Shown here: in pieces, positions 9,601 through 17,799 of the stretch
Position numbering within the stretch: the first letter of the stretch is position 1
How the letters are laid out: every line of letters starts with the position of its first letter
Source: Chiloscyllium plagiosum
Lineage: Eukaryota
Reading direction: 5' to 3'
NCBI RefSeq assembly: GCF_004010195.1
Contig: NC_057720.1
Location: 10,821,334-10,841,333 of the forward strand
Length of the DNA: 20,000 nucleotides
Position numbers and translations under genes: made by a program
Notes under the pieces: generated by a model
Seen by the model: only the letters and a program-made list of their open reading frames with translations
Database searches by the model: none
What the model was told of the DNA's origin: nothing

Positions 9601-12600
9601 TAACTCACATTTATCTAAATTAATCTTCATCTGCCATTCCTTGGTCCATTGGTCCATTTTTGAGGTAACCTTCTTCACTGTCCACTGCACCTCCAATGTT
9701 GGTGTCATCTGCAAACTTACTAACTGTACAACCAATGTTCACATACATTAATAGAAATTGAATTGTAAAGTCATTTGGCACGGAAACAGACCCTTCGGTC
9801 CAACCAGTCCAAACCGAACATAATCCAAACCTACCTTTTCTAGTCATGTATCTATCCAAATGTCTTTGAAATGTTTCTAATTCCACCTGCATCCGACACT
9901 TGCCAAGAACCGGTACAGCTGCAACAATGACCTCACATCTCTTGTACTCAATGCATTGACCAATAAAGGCAAACATACCAATTGCTTTCTTTACCATCCT
10001 CTCTACCTACAACTCCACTTTCAAGGAACTATGAACCTGCCATCCAAGGTCTCTTTGTTCAGCAACACTCCTCAGGAGCTTACTACTAAGTGTAAGTTCT
10101 TTCCAAAATGCAGTAACTCACATTTATCTAAATTAAACTTCATCTGCCACTCCTTGGTCCATTGGTCCATTTTTGAGGTAACCTTCTTCACTGTCCACTG
10201 CACCTCCAATGTTGGTGTCATCTGCAAACTTAGTAACTATACAACCAATGTTCACATACAAATCATTAATAGAAATTGAATTGTAAAGTCATTTGGCACA
10301 GAAACAGACCCTTCGGTCCAACCAGTCCAAACCGAACATAATCCAAACCTACCTTTTCTAGTCATGTATCTATCCAAATGTCTTTGAAATGTTTCTAATT
10401 CCACCTGCATCCGACACTTGCCAAGGAAGTTCATTCCACACACAAACCACCCTCTGTGTGAAAAATCTGTCTCTCGTGTCTTTTTTTAAATCTTTCCCCT
10501 CTCACCTTAAAAATATGCTCTCTTGTCCTGAAATTCCCCATCCTGGGAAAAAGACAGCTACCACTAACTCTATCTATACTTTTATTATTTTATAAACTGC
10601 TGTCAGGTTGCCTCTCAAGCTCCTACACTCCAGTGAAAATAGCCCCAGCGTATTCAATCTGTCCCTCATTAACCCAGTCTGTGCGTAAGCTGAAATAGCC
10701 CATTATTATTACATTTCCCTCTTGACATACATCTCTAAGTTCCAGATTTGCATCAGGCCCAATTTTACCACTCCCATTTGGTGACCTGGAAATAAATCCT
10801 CCCAATGTTTGCTGCAATTTATTGTTTTTTCAGCATCTATCAAACTGATTTCACATCTTGACCCTTCTGCCTGGGATCCTTCATTACAAAGGTACTGATG
10901 TCACAAGCACAGGGACTAATAGGGCAAATGCTCATTTGCTTTCTCCACTGTAATAACCTCTCATTCAGAGGAGCAAATATTTCCCAAGATTGATGTTATC
11001 TTAGCATTAATCAATTTTCTACATTGCACAGTGACTACAGTTAAAGAAAATAAAACCTATTTGGCTACATGTTGGTACACCCTGAATTTATTAAAAGCGC
11101 TGTAGAAATGAGGTTTCTTATTATCTTTCTATTGAGGCCCAGCTTTGGACATTCTGAACAAAATTCACACTGGACTTGAAACATTAACTGTTTCTCTCTC
11201 CACAGATTTTAGCACATTTGTTGAGTTTCTCCAGTATTCTCTGTATTTGTTTAAGGGACATTCTGGTTTGTAAGGTCAAGTTCTTTTCCCTGAATCTTCA
11301 AAGAAGCTCACAGAAATATATTTTTATCTTAGTAACTAGACACTCAAAAATACTTAATATTGCCTGTTAAACTAATTCCTGTATTTCATTGAGTACAGGA
11401 GTTGGGAGGTCATGTTGCGGCTGTTCAGGTCATTGGTTTGGCCACTTTTGGAATATTGTGTGCAATTCTGGTCTTCTACCTATCGGAAGGCTGTTGTGAA
11501 ACTTGAAATGGTTCGGAAAAGATGTTTCCAGAGTTGGAGGATTTGAGCTATAGGGAGAGGTTGAATAGGCTAGGGATGTTTTCCCTGGAGCGTCGGAGGC
11601 TGAGGGGTGACCTTAAAGAGGTTTATAAAATCATGAGGGGCATGGATAGAGTAAATAGACAAAATCTTTTCCCTGGGGTCAGGGAATCCAGAACTAGAGG
11701 GCATAGGTTTGGAGTGAGCGGTGGTACGTGAATGGCAGAAGCTGCAAGATGAAGTTGTGTAGGCTATTACAATTGCAACATTTAAAAGGCACCTGAATGG
11801 GTATATGAATAGGAAGGTTTAGAGGGGTATGGGCCGGGTGCTGGCAGGTGGGACTAGATTGGGTTGGGATATCTGGTCGGCATGGATGAGTTGGCCCGAA
11901 GGGTCTGTTTCTGTGCTGTACATCTCTATGAGTCTATAACTCTATTTGCTACTGAAGTTTAATTCTTGATCAGCAAAACATTTTAAATGTCACATGCCTG
12001 TCATTGATGACAACTGTTCCAGCTCTTCGGCTGCATTCGGTCCTAATGCTATCGTGTGGATAACTGCACCACTTTGTTTCACCTCCGAGAAACAACTGCT
12101 TATCCCACTGTCCTCCCCATCAGTCAGCAAAACGATTTCATCACCATTTGTAGATCCGTCATCACCACGAAGTACCTGTAAAGCCATTGTTCATTGTCAA
12201 TGTGGGAAAAGTGTAATAATGATGTGGACAGTAATGAATTATCAAATGTCTCTGACTTACCTGAAAACCAGCTCGAACCCCTGCACAAATGTTTGTTCCA
12301 CCACTAGCTATTTTAGGTAGAAGATTTTTCAGCATTTTTCGTGCGTCTTCACTCTCAATTACTGTCAATTCGTGAATCACAGTTGCAGAACTGTGAAAAC
12401 CAACTATGCCAACATATGATTGATCTTCAATGATCTGGAGTAAAAATATCCCAGCCGCTTGCTGAAGCCTTTGAATTCGATTTTCCTGCAAACATAAAGA
12501 ACTCAACTCAAATTCAAAACTCAATCTCCCAAACCATTTGTCATTCTCATATTTTGTAAAAGTAAATAAAACCAAAGTACTGTGGATACTGGGGTTTGAA

Positions 12601-15600
12601 ATAGACCCAGAAAATGCGAAAGAAACTCAGCAGGATTGGCAGCATCTATGGGGAAAGAAACAGGGTTAATCTTTCTGAGAGGAGTCATTCAAATTCAAAA
12701 TGTTAACACTGCTTTTCTTTCTACAGGTACTGCCAGATCTGCTGAGTTTGTCCTGTGTTTTCTGTTTTCATTTCGTATCTTGTGCGCTCTGTATAAAAGC
12801 TTTTAGGTAGAATAAATCTTTCAAATTAAATTTAACAAATCTCAATCACTTGTTTTGTGAATTGTAGTCCCAACAGATTTGAGTACATTATCTCGACTGA
12901 CATGCCAGTGCAATACTGAGAGAATGCTGCTGGATTTCCGGATAAAATATTATATTAAGCAACTGCAGGTTAGACAGTTTAATCCTAGTGCTTTTGGAAA
13001 TGAGCTGGAACAGTTTTCATCAATGACAGACATGTGACATTCAAATTGTTTGGATTTCTATGTGACATTCATATTGTGACTTGGACACGTGCGGATTTAT
13101 TATGGAATGGCGGCAGGATTTATTAAATAAATAGAACATTACAGCGCAGTACAGACCCTTCGGCCTATGAAATTACCTTAAATAAAATAAAAGTGCTGTA
13201 AATTCCAAGGTCAGTCAAGCAGCATTTGTGAAAAGAAGGTTAACATTCAGGTGAAGATCTTAAACTCTGTTTGTCTTCTCACACTGCCTGGTCTGGTGAA
13301 TACTCACAGGATTCCCTTTTGTTTTAGAGTTCCAGCATCTGTCATTTCTCATGTGGCATTAATTTTTACTGGGATTTGTTCAAGGCAAATTGCGCTCAAC
13401 AAAACTAGCAGAGGTTTTTTTTAAGGCAGTAGAGGTCTGATCAGGAAAGTATACTTGATGGTAAAAATCAAAAGGTGTTTAACAAACTGTCTCATCATCA
13501 GCTTTGCATTAAACGTTGTAAATATTTAAGTAAATATTAGCATGGATACAACATTAACTGAGTGACAGAAAAGGGGGCAGTAGTTGCAAACAATTCCTCT
13601 TGCTCTGGGGAAAGATATATATAGTGTGTATCCTAACTACTAAGAATACTGCATGTTGATCTATACTACTGACTTATATGTAGCGTATACAATTTGAAAA
13701 TTTTCAATGACATAAAACTTGGAAGTATAGTGAACTGTGGGGAGGATACTAATAGACATCAAGAGGATAAACAAAAAACCAAAAGAACTGTGGTTGCTGG
13801 AAATCAGAAACAAAAACAGAACTTGGTGGAAGAGCTCATCATGTCGAGAGAAACCAGAGACGATGTTTCCAAAACAGAACCCAAAAAGTTAAACAATTTC
13901 TCTTCATAGACACTGCCAGACCTGCTGAGATTTTCCAACAATTTCTGTTTTATATCAAGAAGAAATATTCCATTTGCCAATTGTATGTTCATTCTGTACG
14001 TTAATTAATGTCATCCTGTGTTTCATCTCAGTCCTCTTCTAGATGAGCCACATACCCCAAGTAAGATATTATCTGTACATTTTGAAATTGTGTTTTTGAT
14101 TCCTGAGGCTAGGTCATTGATGGGTTTAAATGATAAATTATCATGGTCCCAGCACTAATCCTGGTAGAACAGCCCTTTCATCATTTGTCACACCTCCATT
14201 GCATAGAAAGAGGGTCATATACATATTGAAATGATGGCTTGAGCATATGGGGTAAAGTTTCAGAAATGCTCTGTTTATAGGACAACTTAACCTGAAAAGT
14301 TAGCTCAGTTCTCTGTTCAGATTCTGCCAAACCTGCTGAATATTTCAGCATTTTTGTTTTATTTTTATTTCAGAATTGTAGTTTGTTATATTTGGCATAG
14401 GAAATGAGAAAACCAATGATGACCTTCTGAAGCAACCTGTTAGAGATGTCAGTGTACACCGCTGGAATGGGTGGGACTTGAATCCAGGCACGCCCCACCC
14501 CCCAACCTAAAGGATACTACCATTATAAGAACAATATAAAATGCAGGACTTGCATGAAAGTAAAGACTGCTTGTTTCCTATGTGATGAACAATGGTCAGC
14601 AAAGGACTACAAGTGATGGTCCTTTCAATAAGGTCAGCGTAAACGAACATCATATTGTCATACCCAACCCATGCTTCCTGAAGTATCAAGAACTAAACAT
14701 AACACTCGGTCTTTGGCATGCAGGAAAGTAAACTTTGGCTCAAGTGAAGTGATATTAGTTGGATGGTTGTTCTGGAAATCGTCCGACTTGCTGATTACAT
14801 CCCAAGTGCTCCTCTCATTGCACATTTTGTTTTGCATGTTCGGGGCTTCACGGTTGTGTGTCTTATTGTCACAGAAATCAACCACCTGCAAAGGGAACAC
14901 AAGGTCAGATGCAACAAGTGTCAGAGTTTTAAAAATAACAGCCAGATGAGAGAAATTGATGCTTTCTGGATCAAAATGAAAGGTCTGGCTTTATCAGAAA
15001 ATCCCAGTTTCGATTTCTGTCTATCAGTTTAGCTCAGTTGACAGTATTTGCTCCCTTCAGTATGAGGTAGTTATGAGCTTGGCTTGCCTTGCCCTGTCTC
15101 TGTAATCTCTAGCTGAAAATGTGTTGCTGGAAAAGCGCAGCAGGTTAGGCAGCATCCAGGGAACAGGAGAATCGACGTTTCGGGCATAAGCCTGCCCGAA
15201 GAAGGGCTTATGCCCGAAACGTCGATTCTCCTGTTCCCTGGATGCTGCCTAACCTGCTGCGCTTTTCCAGCAACACATTTTCAGCTCTGATCTCCAGCAT
15301 CTGCAGACCTCACTTTCTCCTCTGTAATTTCCAGTCCTTTTAAAGCCTTGCTTCCCTATGAGGTGATGATTGATGCTGCATTTGTTAAAAATTCAGAAAT
15401 CAATTAAAAAAACACAGTCACAATTTGTGAGGAGACTATGGCCATGAATACGTAAAGTGTTATTTTTTATTCATAATCACAACTCTACACAGTGAAACTT
15501 TGAGAAATGCAGGCATTTGTTGTGGCACAGAATGAGATCATTCAGTCAATCATGTCCAAGCTGGCTAAAAGAAAGAGCAATCCCATCTAATCCTACCTTT

Positions 15601-17282
15601 CACCTCTTAGCCTGTGGTCCTCCAGATTATGACCCTCAAGCAAACACCCACATGTTCTTTGAAATCCTGTGAGTATTTTGACTTTACCACTTTTCAGGCT
15701 GTAAGTTAACGATCGCACCACCCTAACTGTGAAAAGAATTACTCGACAACTCTCTTATTCCTTCTCGGATTTACTTTAAATCTGAGTTCCCTGTCTTTTC
15801 TTTAATCTGCTAACATAAATAACTCTTTCCTAACCACTCTATTTGGACACCTCATAATTTCAGACAGCACTGTGGTTAGCACTGCAACTCACAGTGACTG
15901 GGACCTAGGTTGATCCCACCCTTGGGCAACTGTCTGTTCAGAGTTTGCTCATTCTCCTCCCTGTCTGCATGGGTTTCCTCTGGGTGCTCCAGTTTCCCTC
16001 CACAGTCCAGAGGTGTGCAGGTTAGGGGGGATTGTCTATGCTAAATTGCCCATAATGTCCGGAAATGTCCAGGTTAGGTGGATTCGCCATGGGGAAATGT
16101 GGGGTTAAGGAGATAGGGTTGGGTCTGGGTAGGATGCTCTTCGGAGGATCAGTGTGGACTCAATGGGCCAAATGCCTGCTTCCACACCATAGGGATTCTA
16201 CTCTATGAAGACTCTAGCTGCAGTCTACCCAGTGTTTCATACAACTTGAGTAAACCCATCCCCTCCACCACCCCCCACCCACCGGTTCTATGCACCAATA
16301 AAGTTTGTTTTATGCAGTTAAAAAGTTCTAATTAAACTATAGCCTATTTTTCTATGCTTACTGTCAAACCTACCCGAAATAGCAATATGAGAAAGGGGCA
16401 GCCCAAACTGTGGGATCAAGTGAAGCAAGTTCGAAATCTGTTTCATGCTGTACTTGAATCGTGAATATTGGACACAGTGAAGTCCTGCCATTCACATCTT
16501 TACCTTTGCAAATTCACTGACTCTCATAAAGTATTCTGAGCAACCACTGCACTCTGCAGGTCAGATTACTGTATACAATTTTGTACGCCATTTCACCCAG
16601 TGCGGGTCACATTTCATTTCCCTGCAGTTTATAGGTGCAAAACAATAGAAGTGAAGTGAAGTAGATATGGTAAAAAAAAAGCTCAAAACTTAAAATGGTC
16701 TGCAGACTGACAGAATGATGATAGAAAACGGGATTGCCAAGTCTGGAAAGTTGCACTGAATGTGTATCAGCTCCTACAATACACATCCACACGATTGTAA
16801 CATTTACAATGCAGGAGGCCTTACAACAAGGGGCCCATTTGAGAAATTTATGTCCTTCATTTTACTACATTATATCTCCTGTAAAACATCAATAATACAA
16901 TTGTTTTATTGTATTTTATTGTCTCCTAAATACTGTATGTGTCAGTATTTTTGGATATTTGGAAACTATCCAATTGACTCTCATTACCCTCCATGATGTC
17001 AGCATTTGCAACATTTTCAAGGAACGTAACCTCTGCAAACAGCAAGACTTTGTCAATGAAACATTTGCAGAAGTAGGTGTTAATAACTTGCAAGGAAAAT
17101 GCATCTTAATAATCCCACTTACCCCTGGTAATCCTGTTGTGTACATTATTGAAGTTGATGTCACTTGGTTCTGGTCTGGAAAGAAGTTACAGTCAGTGTC
17201 TGGGAGCCCTGTGCTGGGATCACAGGTACCACAGGCACCCCCAGAACAAGAGACTTTTAATCCTTTCATTTCCTTTGAACAC
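249..17282 (-). CDS. clca1: CLCA-family gene (calcium-activated chloride channel regulator 1/4-like, membrane-anchored type), 5'-partial. join(17282-17123,14885-14664,12485-12261,12175-11998,8005-7899,7802-7581,7487-7217,7088-6911,3294-3058,679-249). Frameshifted in exon 12 as assembled
   Basis: Ten phase-compatible exons with AG acceptors and GT (one GC) donors. They translate to diagnostic CLCA motifs: FC..THNREAPNMQNKMC..RSTWDVI, LVLDTSGSM, GGTNIC, LLTDGED, LLDNGGGAD..NDGVYSRYFT, FPPSKIKDL, WTAPGDDLDQG, IYFAIRA. The exons sum to 2231 nt; removing the 10-nt duplication and the 1 nt carried over from the upstream exon leaves 740 codons. Family assignment is firm, but the paralog name (CLCA1 vs CLCA2/4) cannot be settled from this sequence. 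Confidence 0.95.
880..1156 (+). mobile_element. Degenerate CR1 LINE 3' fragment
   Basis: AQRGFTKMIP..ELSFEPRLNSL...RRMRYNVIETF resembles the CR1 ORF2 C-terminus (QRRFTRMIP..LSYEERL..RRLRGDLIE). A CR1-type 3'UTR follows (atgatcagccat...gaatggcctgctgctgttcctat). Confidence 0.7.
1610..1925 (-). mobile_element. CR1 LINE 3' end
   Basis: Closely similar to the CR1 3' ends at 8829-9160 and 11650-11945 (catagagatgtacagcacagaaa...cccttaggtccctttaaatcttttccctctcacc). Confidence 0.8.
2289..2670. mobile_element. Fold-back (inverted-repeat) Penelope-like terminal element with TSD
   Basis: Arms 2324-2432 and 2567-2675 are reverse complements (107/109 by eye) around a 134-nt purine-rich spacer. Direct repeat CCAGAGTAAATAACTAG at 2272-2288 and 2671-2687 (the first 5 nt overlap the arm). 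Confidence 0.85.
2584..2615 (+). ncRNA. Minimal hammerhead ribozyme motif (PLE type); antisense twin at 2386-2413 on -
   Basis: CTGATGA-A-GGGC-TTTT-GCCC-GAAAC-GTC: both conserved core boxes, a 4-bp stem II, palindromic ACGT in place of stem III and a GUC cleavage triplet. Stem I is very short. Confidence 0.7.
3058..3294 (-). CDS. clca1: CLCA exon ~13 (FnIII start)
   Basis: Acceptor CTCGCAG|GT, donor CTG|GTAATT, 237 nt. Reads (G)QIHPNPPKP...DVFPPSKIKDLRA...LKWTAPGDDLDQGT. Confidence 0.95.
3434..3520 (-). mobile_element. Internally deleted HE1-type SINE (60-nt tRNA-like head fused directly to the (TAATC)n tail)
   Basis: The minus strand reads gggcggcacggtgtcacagtggttagcactgctgcctcacagcgccagagacccgggttc-tgtaatgtaatctaatctaatctaatc. 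It sits inside an older LINE 3' remnant (~3390-3610). Confidence 0.7.
3728..4085 (-). mobile_element. Penelope-like (Neptune-type) GIY-YIG endonuclease remnant, disrupted
   Basis: Manual translation: LVRSTPPYNPPSRPGTFPCHRRNCKTGAY...HIHQSFTCTST/(frameshift)/IIYCIRCSR*CLLYIGETGHLLAERFRE...PVPQHFNSPSHS. This shows a Cys-rich linker, IIY..CxxC..YIGETG and HF motifs. Confidence 0.85.
5316..5355 (-). ncRNA. Minimal hammerhead ribozyme motif (second pLTR copy, sense to the CLCA pre-mRNA)
   Basis: The minus strand reads GCACTGAGGATGTCACCTAGACAGGGGACGAAACGTTTGC, differing from 6177-6216 only in the stem II loop. Confidence 0.7.
5468..5619. other. Assembly gap (152 N)
   Basis: Run of N inside one arm of the inverted Penelope element. 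Confidence 1.
6177..6216 (+). ncRNA. Minimal hammerhead ribozyme motif in the Penelope pLTR
   Basis: GCA-CTGAGGA-T-GTC(A)CCT-AGAA-AGG(G)GAC-GAAAC-GTT-TGC: stem I GCA/TGC, extended stem II, core boxes CUGAnGA and GAAA, palindromic AAACGTTT. Confidence 0.72.
6911..7088 (-). CDS. clca1: CLCA exon ~12 (contains the self-cleavage motif; frameshifted by a 10-bp duplication); absent from the ORF track
   Basis: Acceptor CTTTAG|GT, donor ACG|GTAAGG. Reads (G)ADAVRNDGVYSRYFTEFLGNGRYTIKISVQGKDGIVRLTTRKQSHAMY, then IPGYVQN(G) only after one TGCCATGTAC copy is removed. Length 178 nt is not a multiple of 3 although both flanking introns are phase 1. Confidence 0.92.
7217..7487 (-). CDS. clca1: CLCA exon ~11
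   Basis: Acceptor CATCAG|TCA, donor GAG|GTAAAT, 271 nt. Reads SGAWMYGIQN...VTSRAA...FPNPLIIFAEVSQGFLPVVGAKVTATVE...LELLDNGG(G). Confidence 0.94.
7581..7802 (-). CDS. clca1: CLCA exon ~10 (beta-sheet-rich region)
   Basis: Acceptor TTGCAG|CTG, donor CAT|GTACGG, 222 nt. Reads LESSGKNITSNDWFNGTVFIDKSVGKNTFFVITW...TARLPIPGRAH. Confidence 0.92.
7899..8005 (-). CDS. clca1: CLCA exon ~9
   Basis: Acceptor CTTTAG|GA, donor CAG|GTTTGA, 107 nt. Reads (G)GLQYAATDKLDENGLVDAFTGLVSGNGNMSQQSIQ. Confidence 0.93.
8205..8352 (+). mobile_element. CR1 LINE 3' tail
   Basis: ggatatctggtcggtatggatgagttgggctgaagggtctgcttccgtgctgtac...tctat matches the tail at 11800-11945. Confidence 0.75.
8829..10660 (-). mobile_element. 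Stacked CR1 LINE fragments (RT core and ORF2 C-terminus plus 3' tails), partly tandem-duplicated
   Basis: QKRFTRMLPGLEDMSYRETLNRLGLFSLECQRLRGDLIEVYKVMRGMDRV...; SKFADDTNIGGAVDSEEGY (RT catalytic motif); (catagagt)n tail at 8829; a second 3' tail at about 9760 and about 10275. Confidence 0.9.
9400..10425. repeat. Direct tandem duplication, 508 bp (9400-9907) and 513 bp (9913-10425)
   Basis: Both copies run from gtacagctgcaacaatgacc to ccgacacttgccaag. I count about 9 substitutions and one 5-nt indel by eye; the spacer is AACCG. Confidence 0.95.
11387..11945 (+). mobile_element. CR1 LINE 3' end
   Basis: MFPELEDLSYRERLNRLGMFSLERRRLRGDLKEVYKIMRGMDRV..., followed by a 3'UTR and a tctatga/tctataactctat tail ending about 50 nt from the exon 8 donor. 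Confidence 0.9.
11998..12175 (-). CDS. clca1: CLCA exon ~8 (VWA domain), GC donor
   Basis: Acceptor TTACAG|GTA, 178 nt. Reads VLRGDDGSTNGDEIVLLTDGEDSGISSCFSEVKQSGAVIHTIALGPNAAEELEQLSSMT(G). The phase-1 end required by the next exon falls at ACAG|GCATGT. Confidence 0.92.
12261..12485 (-). CDS. clca1: CLCA exon ~7 (VWA domain)
   Basis: Acceptor TTGCAG|GAA, donor CAG|GTAAGT, 225 nt. Reads ENRIQRLQQAAGIFLLQIIE...ASGGTNICAGVRAGFQ. Confidence 0.95.
12575..12770. repeat. Old, decayed palindromic Penelope-derived element (similar remnants at ~11150-11255, ~13185-13340, ~13769-13957, ~14290-14370)
   Basis: cagaaaatgc..aactcagcaggattggcagcatct...gaaacagggttaa is inverted against gttaacactg..ctttctacaggtactgccagatctgctgagttt..ttttctg. 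It shares gcagcatc/gatgctgc-type motifs with the young palindromes. Confidence 0.6.
12865..12955 (+). mobile_element. Possible Deu-domain (SacSINE1/AmnSINE-like) SINE remnant
   Basis: ctgacatgccagtgcaatactgagagaatgctgc resembles the Deu-SINE segment gctgacactccagtgcagtactgagggagtgctgc as I recall it. A possible 3' part of the same family lies at ~10960-11120. Confidence 0.45.
13440..13768 (+). mobile_element. Highly decayed CR1 RT fragment
   Basis: KIFNDIKLGSIVNCGEDTNRHQED resembles KFADDTKLGG.V..EED..RLQ.D. Confidence 0.55.
14664..14885 (-). CDS. clca1: CLCA exon ~6 (CYS domain end and VWA start, MIDAS DxSxS)
   Basis: Acceptor TTGCAG|GTG, donor TGG|GTATGA, 222 nt. Reads VVDFCDNKTHNREAPNMQNKMCNERSTWDVI...RVLCLVLDTSGSMGW. 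Confidence 0.95.
15111..15319. mobile_element. Perfect fold-back Penelope-like mini-element
   Basis: Arms 15111-15192 and 15205-15286 are an 82/82 inverted repeat with a 12-nt loop. Unpaired tail 15287-15319. Imperfect TSD CTCTGTAATCTCTAG (15098-15112) / CTCTGTAATTTCCAG (15320-15334). The hammerhead box is mutated to CCGAAGA, followed by GGGC-TTAT-GCCC-GAAAC-GTC. Confidence 0.88.
15862..16215 (+). mobile_element. HE1-type SINE
   Basis: gtggttagcactgc...ctgtctg...gagtttgctcattctcc...gggtttcctctgggtgctccagtttcc...atgctaaattgccc...gggccaaatgcctgcttccacacc..gggattcta; homologous to 2063-2780. Confidence 0.8.
17123..17282 (-). CDS. clca1: CLCA exon ~5 (Cys-rich end of the CAT/CYS domain)
   Basis: Acceptor TTTCTAG|G, donor GGG|GTAAGT, 160 nt. 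Reads (R)CSKEMKGLKVSCSGGACGTCDPSTGLPDTDCNFFPDQNQVTSTSIMYTTGLPG, with the 5-Cys pattern and SIMY motif. Confidence 0.9.
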
Positions 17283-17364
17283 CTAGAAATGGAAGTAAAG
17301 CACGATGTGTAGTTGATCATTCTAAATTTTATAAAGTTGCAATAACCATAATGGTTTATACATC

Positions 17365-17715
17365 ATCTCACTCAATAGAGAGAGAGAGATGATGAGTGGC
17401 AATCAGCACACCTCAAGGTGGGGCGGGGAAGAGGTTGAGATGGAGAATTCTTTATTTTCGCTGCAGCTGATGAGGGAATGGAACCCAAGCAGTTGGCTTG
17501 CCTTTGCCCCACGAGTTATTCACCAAGGTGGAGACAGGGTAGGGCTTGGTTAGCTCGGTTGCCTGGGTTCAATTCCCATGGTAGCTGAGGTCACCAAGGT
17601 CATCCTGCCTTCTGATCCTCACCCTTGGCCTGAGCAGTGGTGACCTTCAGCTTAAACTCACCCACCAGGCGTGTCTCTCACTCTAATGAGTCAGGGAGAC
17701 AGTGGTGACTTTGCT
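17365..17715. mobile_element. Two decayed copies of a tRNA-derived SINE, head-to-head (- at ~17365-17500, + at ~17545-17715)
   Basis: The + copy has an A/B-box head (gttagctcggttg..gggttcaattccc) and ends tctctcactctaatgag. The - copy appears on + as ctcaatagagagagag...cacacctcaag...gaggttgaga...gggaatggaaccc. Confidence 0.5.
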
Positions 17716-17799
17716 CATTAAATAAACAAATCCAAACCTCCCCGTTCCTCTGATACTCAAAAATGAGAAGTATCATGTGGTTTGTGAGATTACTGACAA

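Noticed and set aside
11992..11993. Canonical GT donor 4 nt downstream of the GC site
   Set aside because: Gives a 182-nt, phase-2 exon incompatible with the phase-1 exon 9 and the conserved MTGGL peptide.
15111..15319. Pre-miRNA, DNA-transposon MITE or rho-independent terminator interpretation of the hairpins
   Set aside because: The stems are too long and perfect for a typical pre-miRNA. Long variable TSDs, a one-sided tail and hammerhead cores fit Penelope retro-insertions rather than TIR transposons, and the DNA is eukaryotic.
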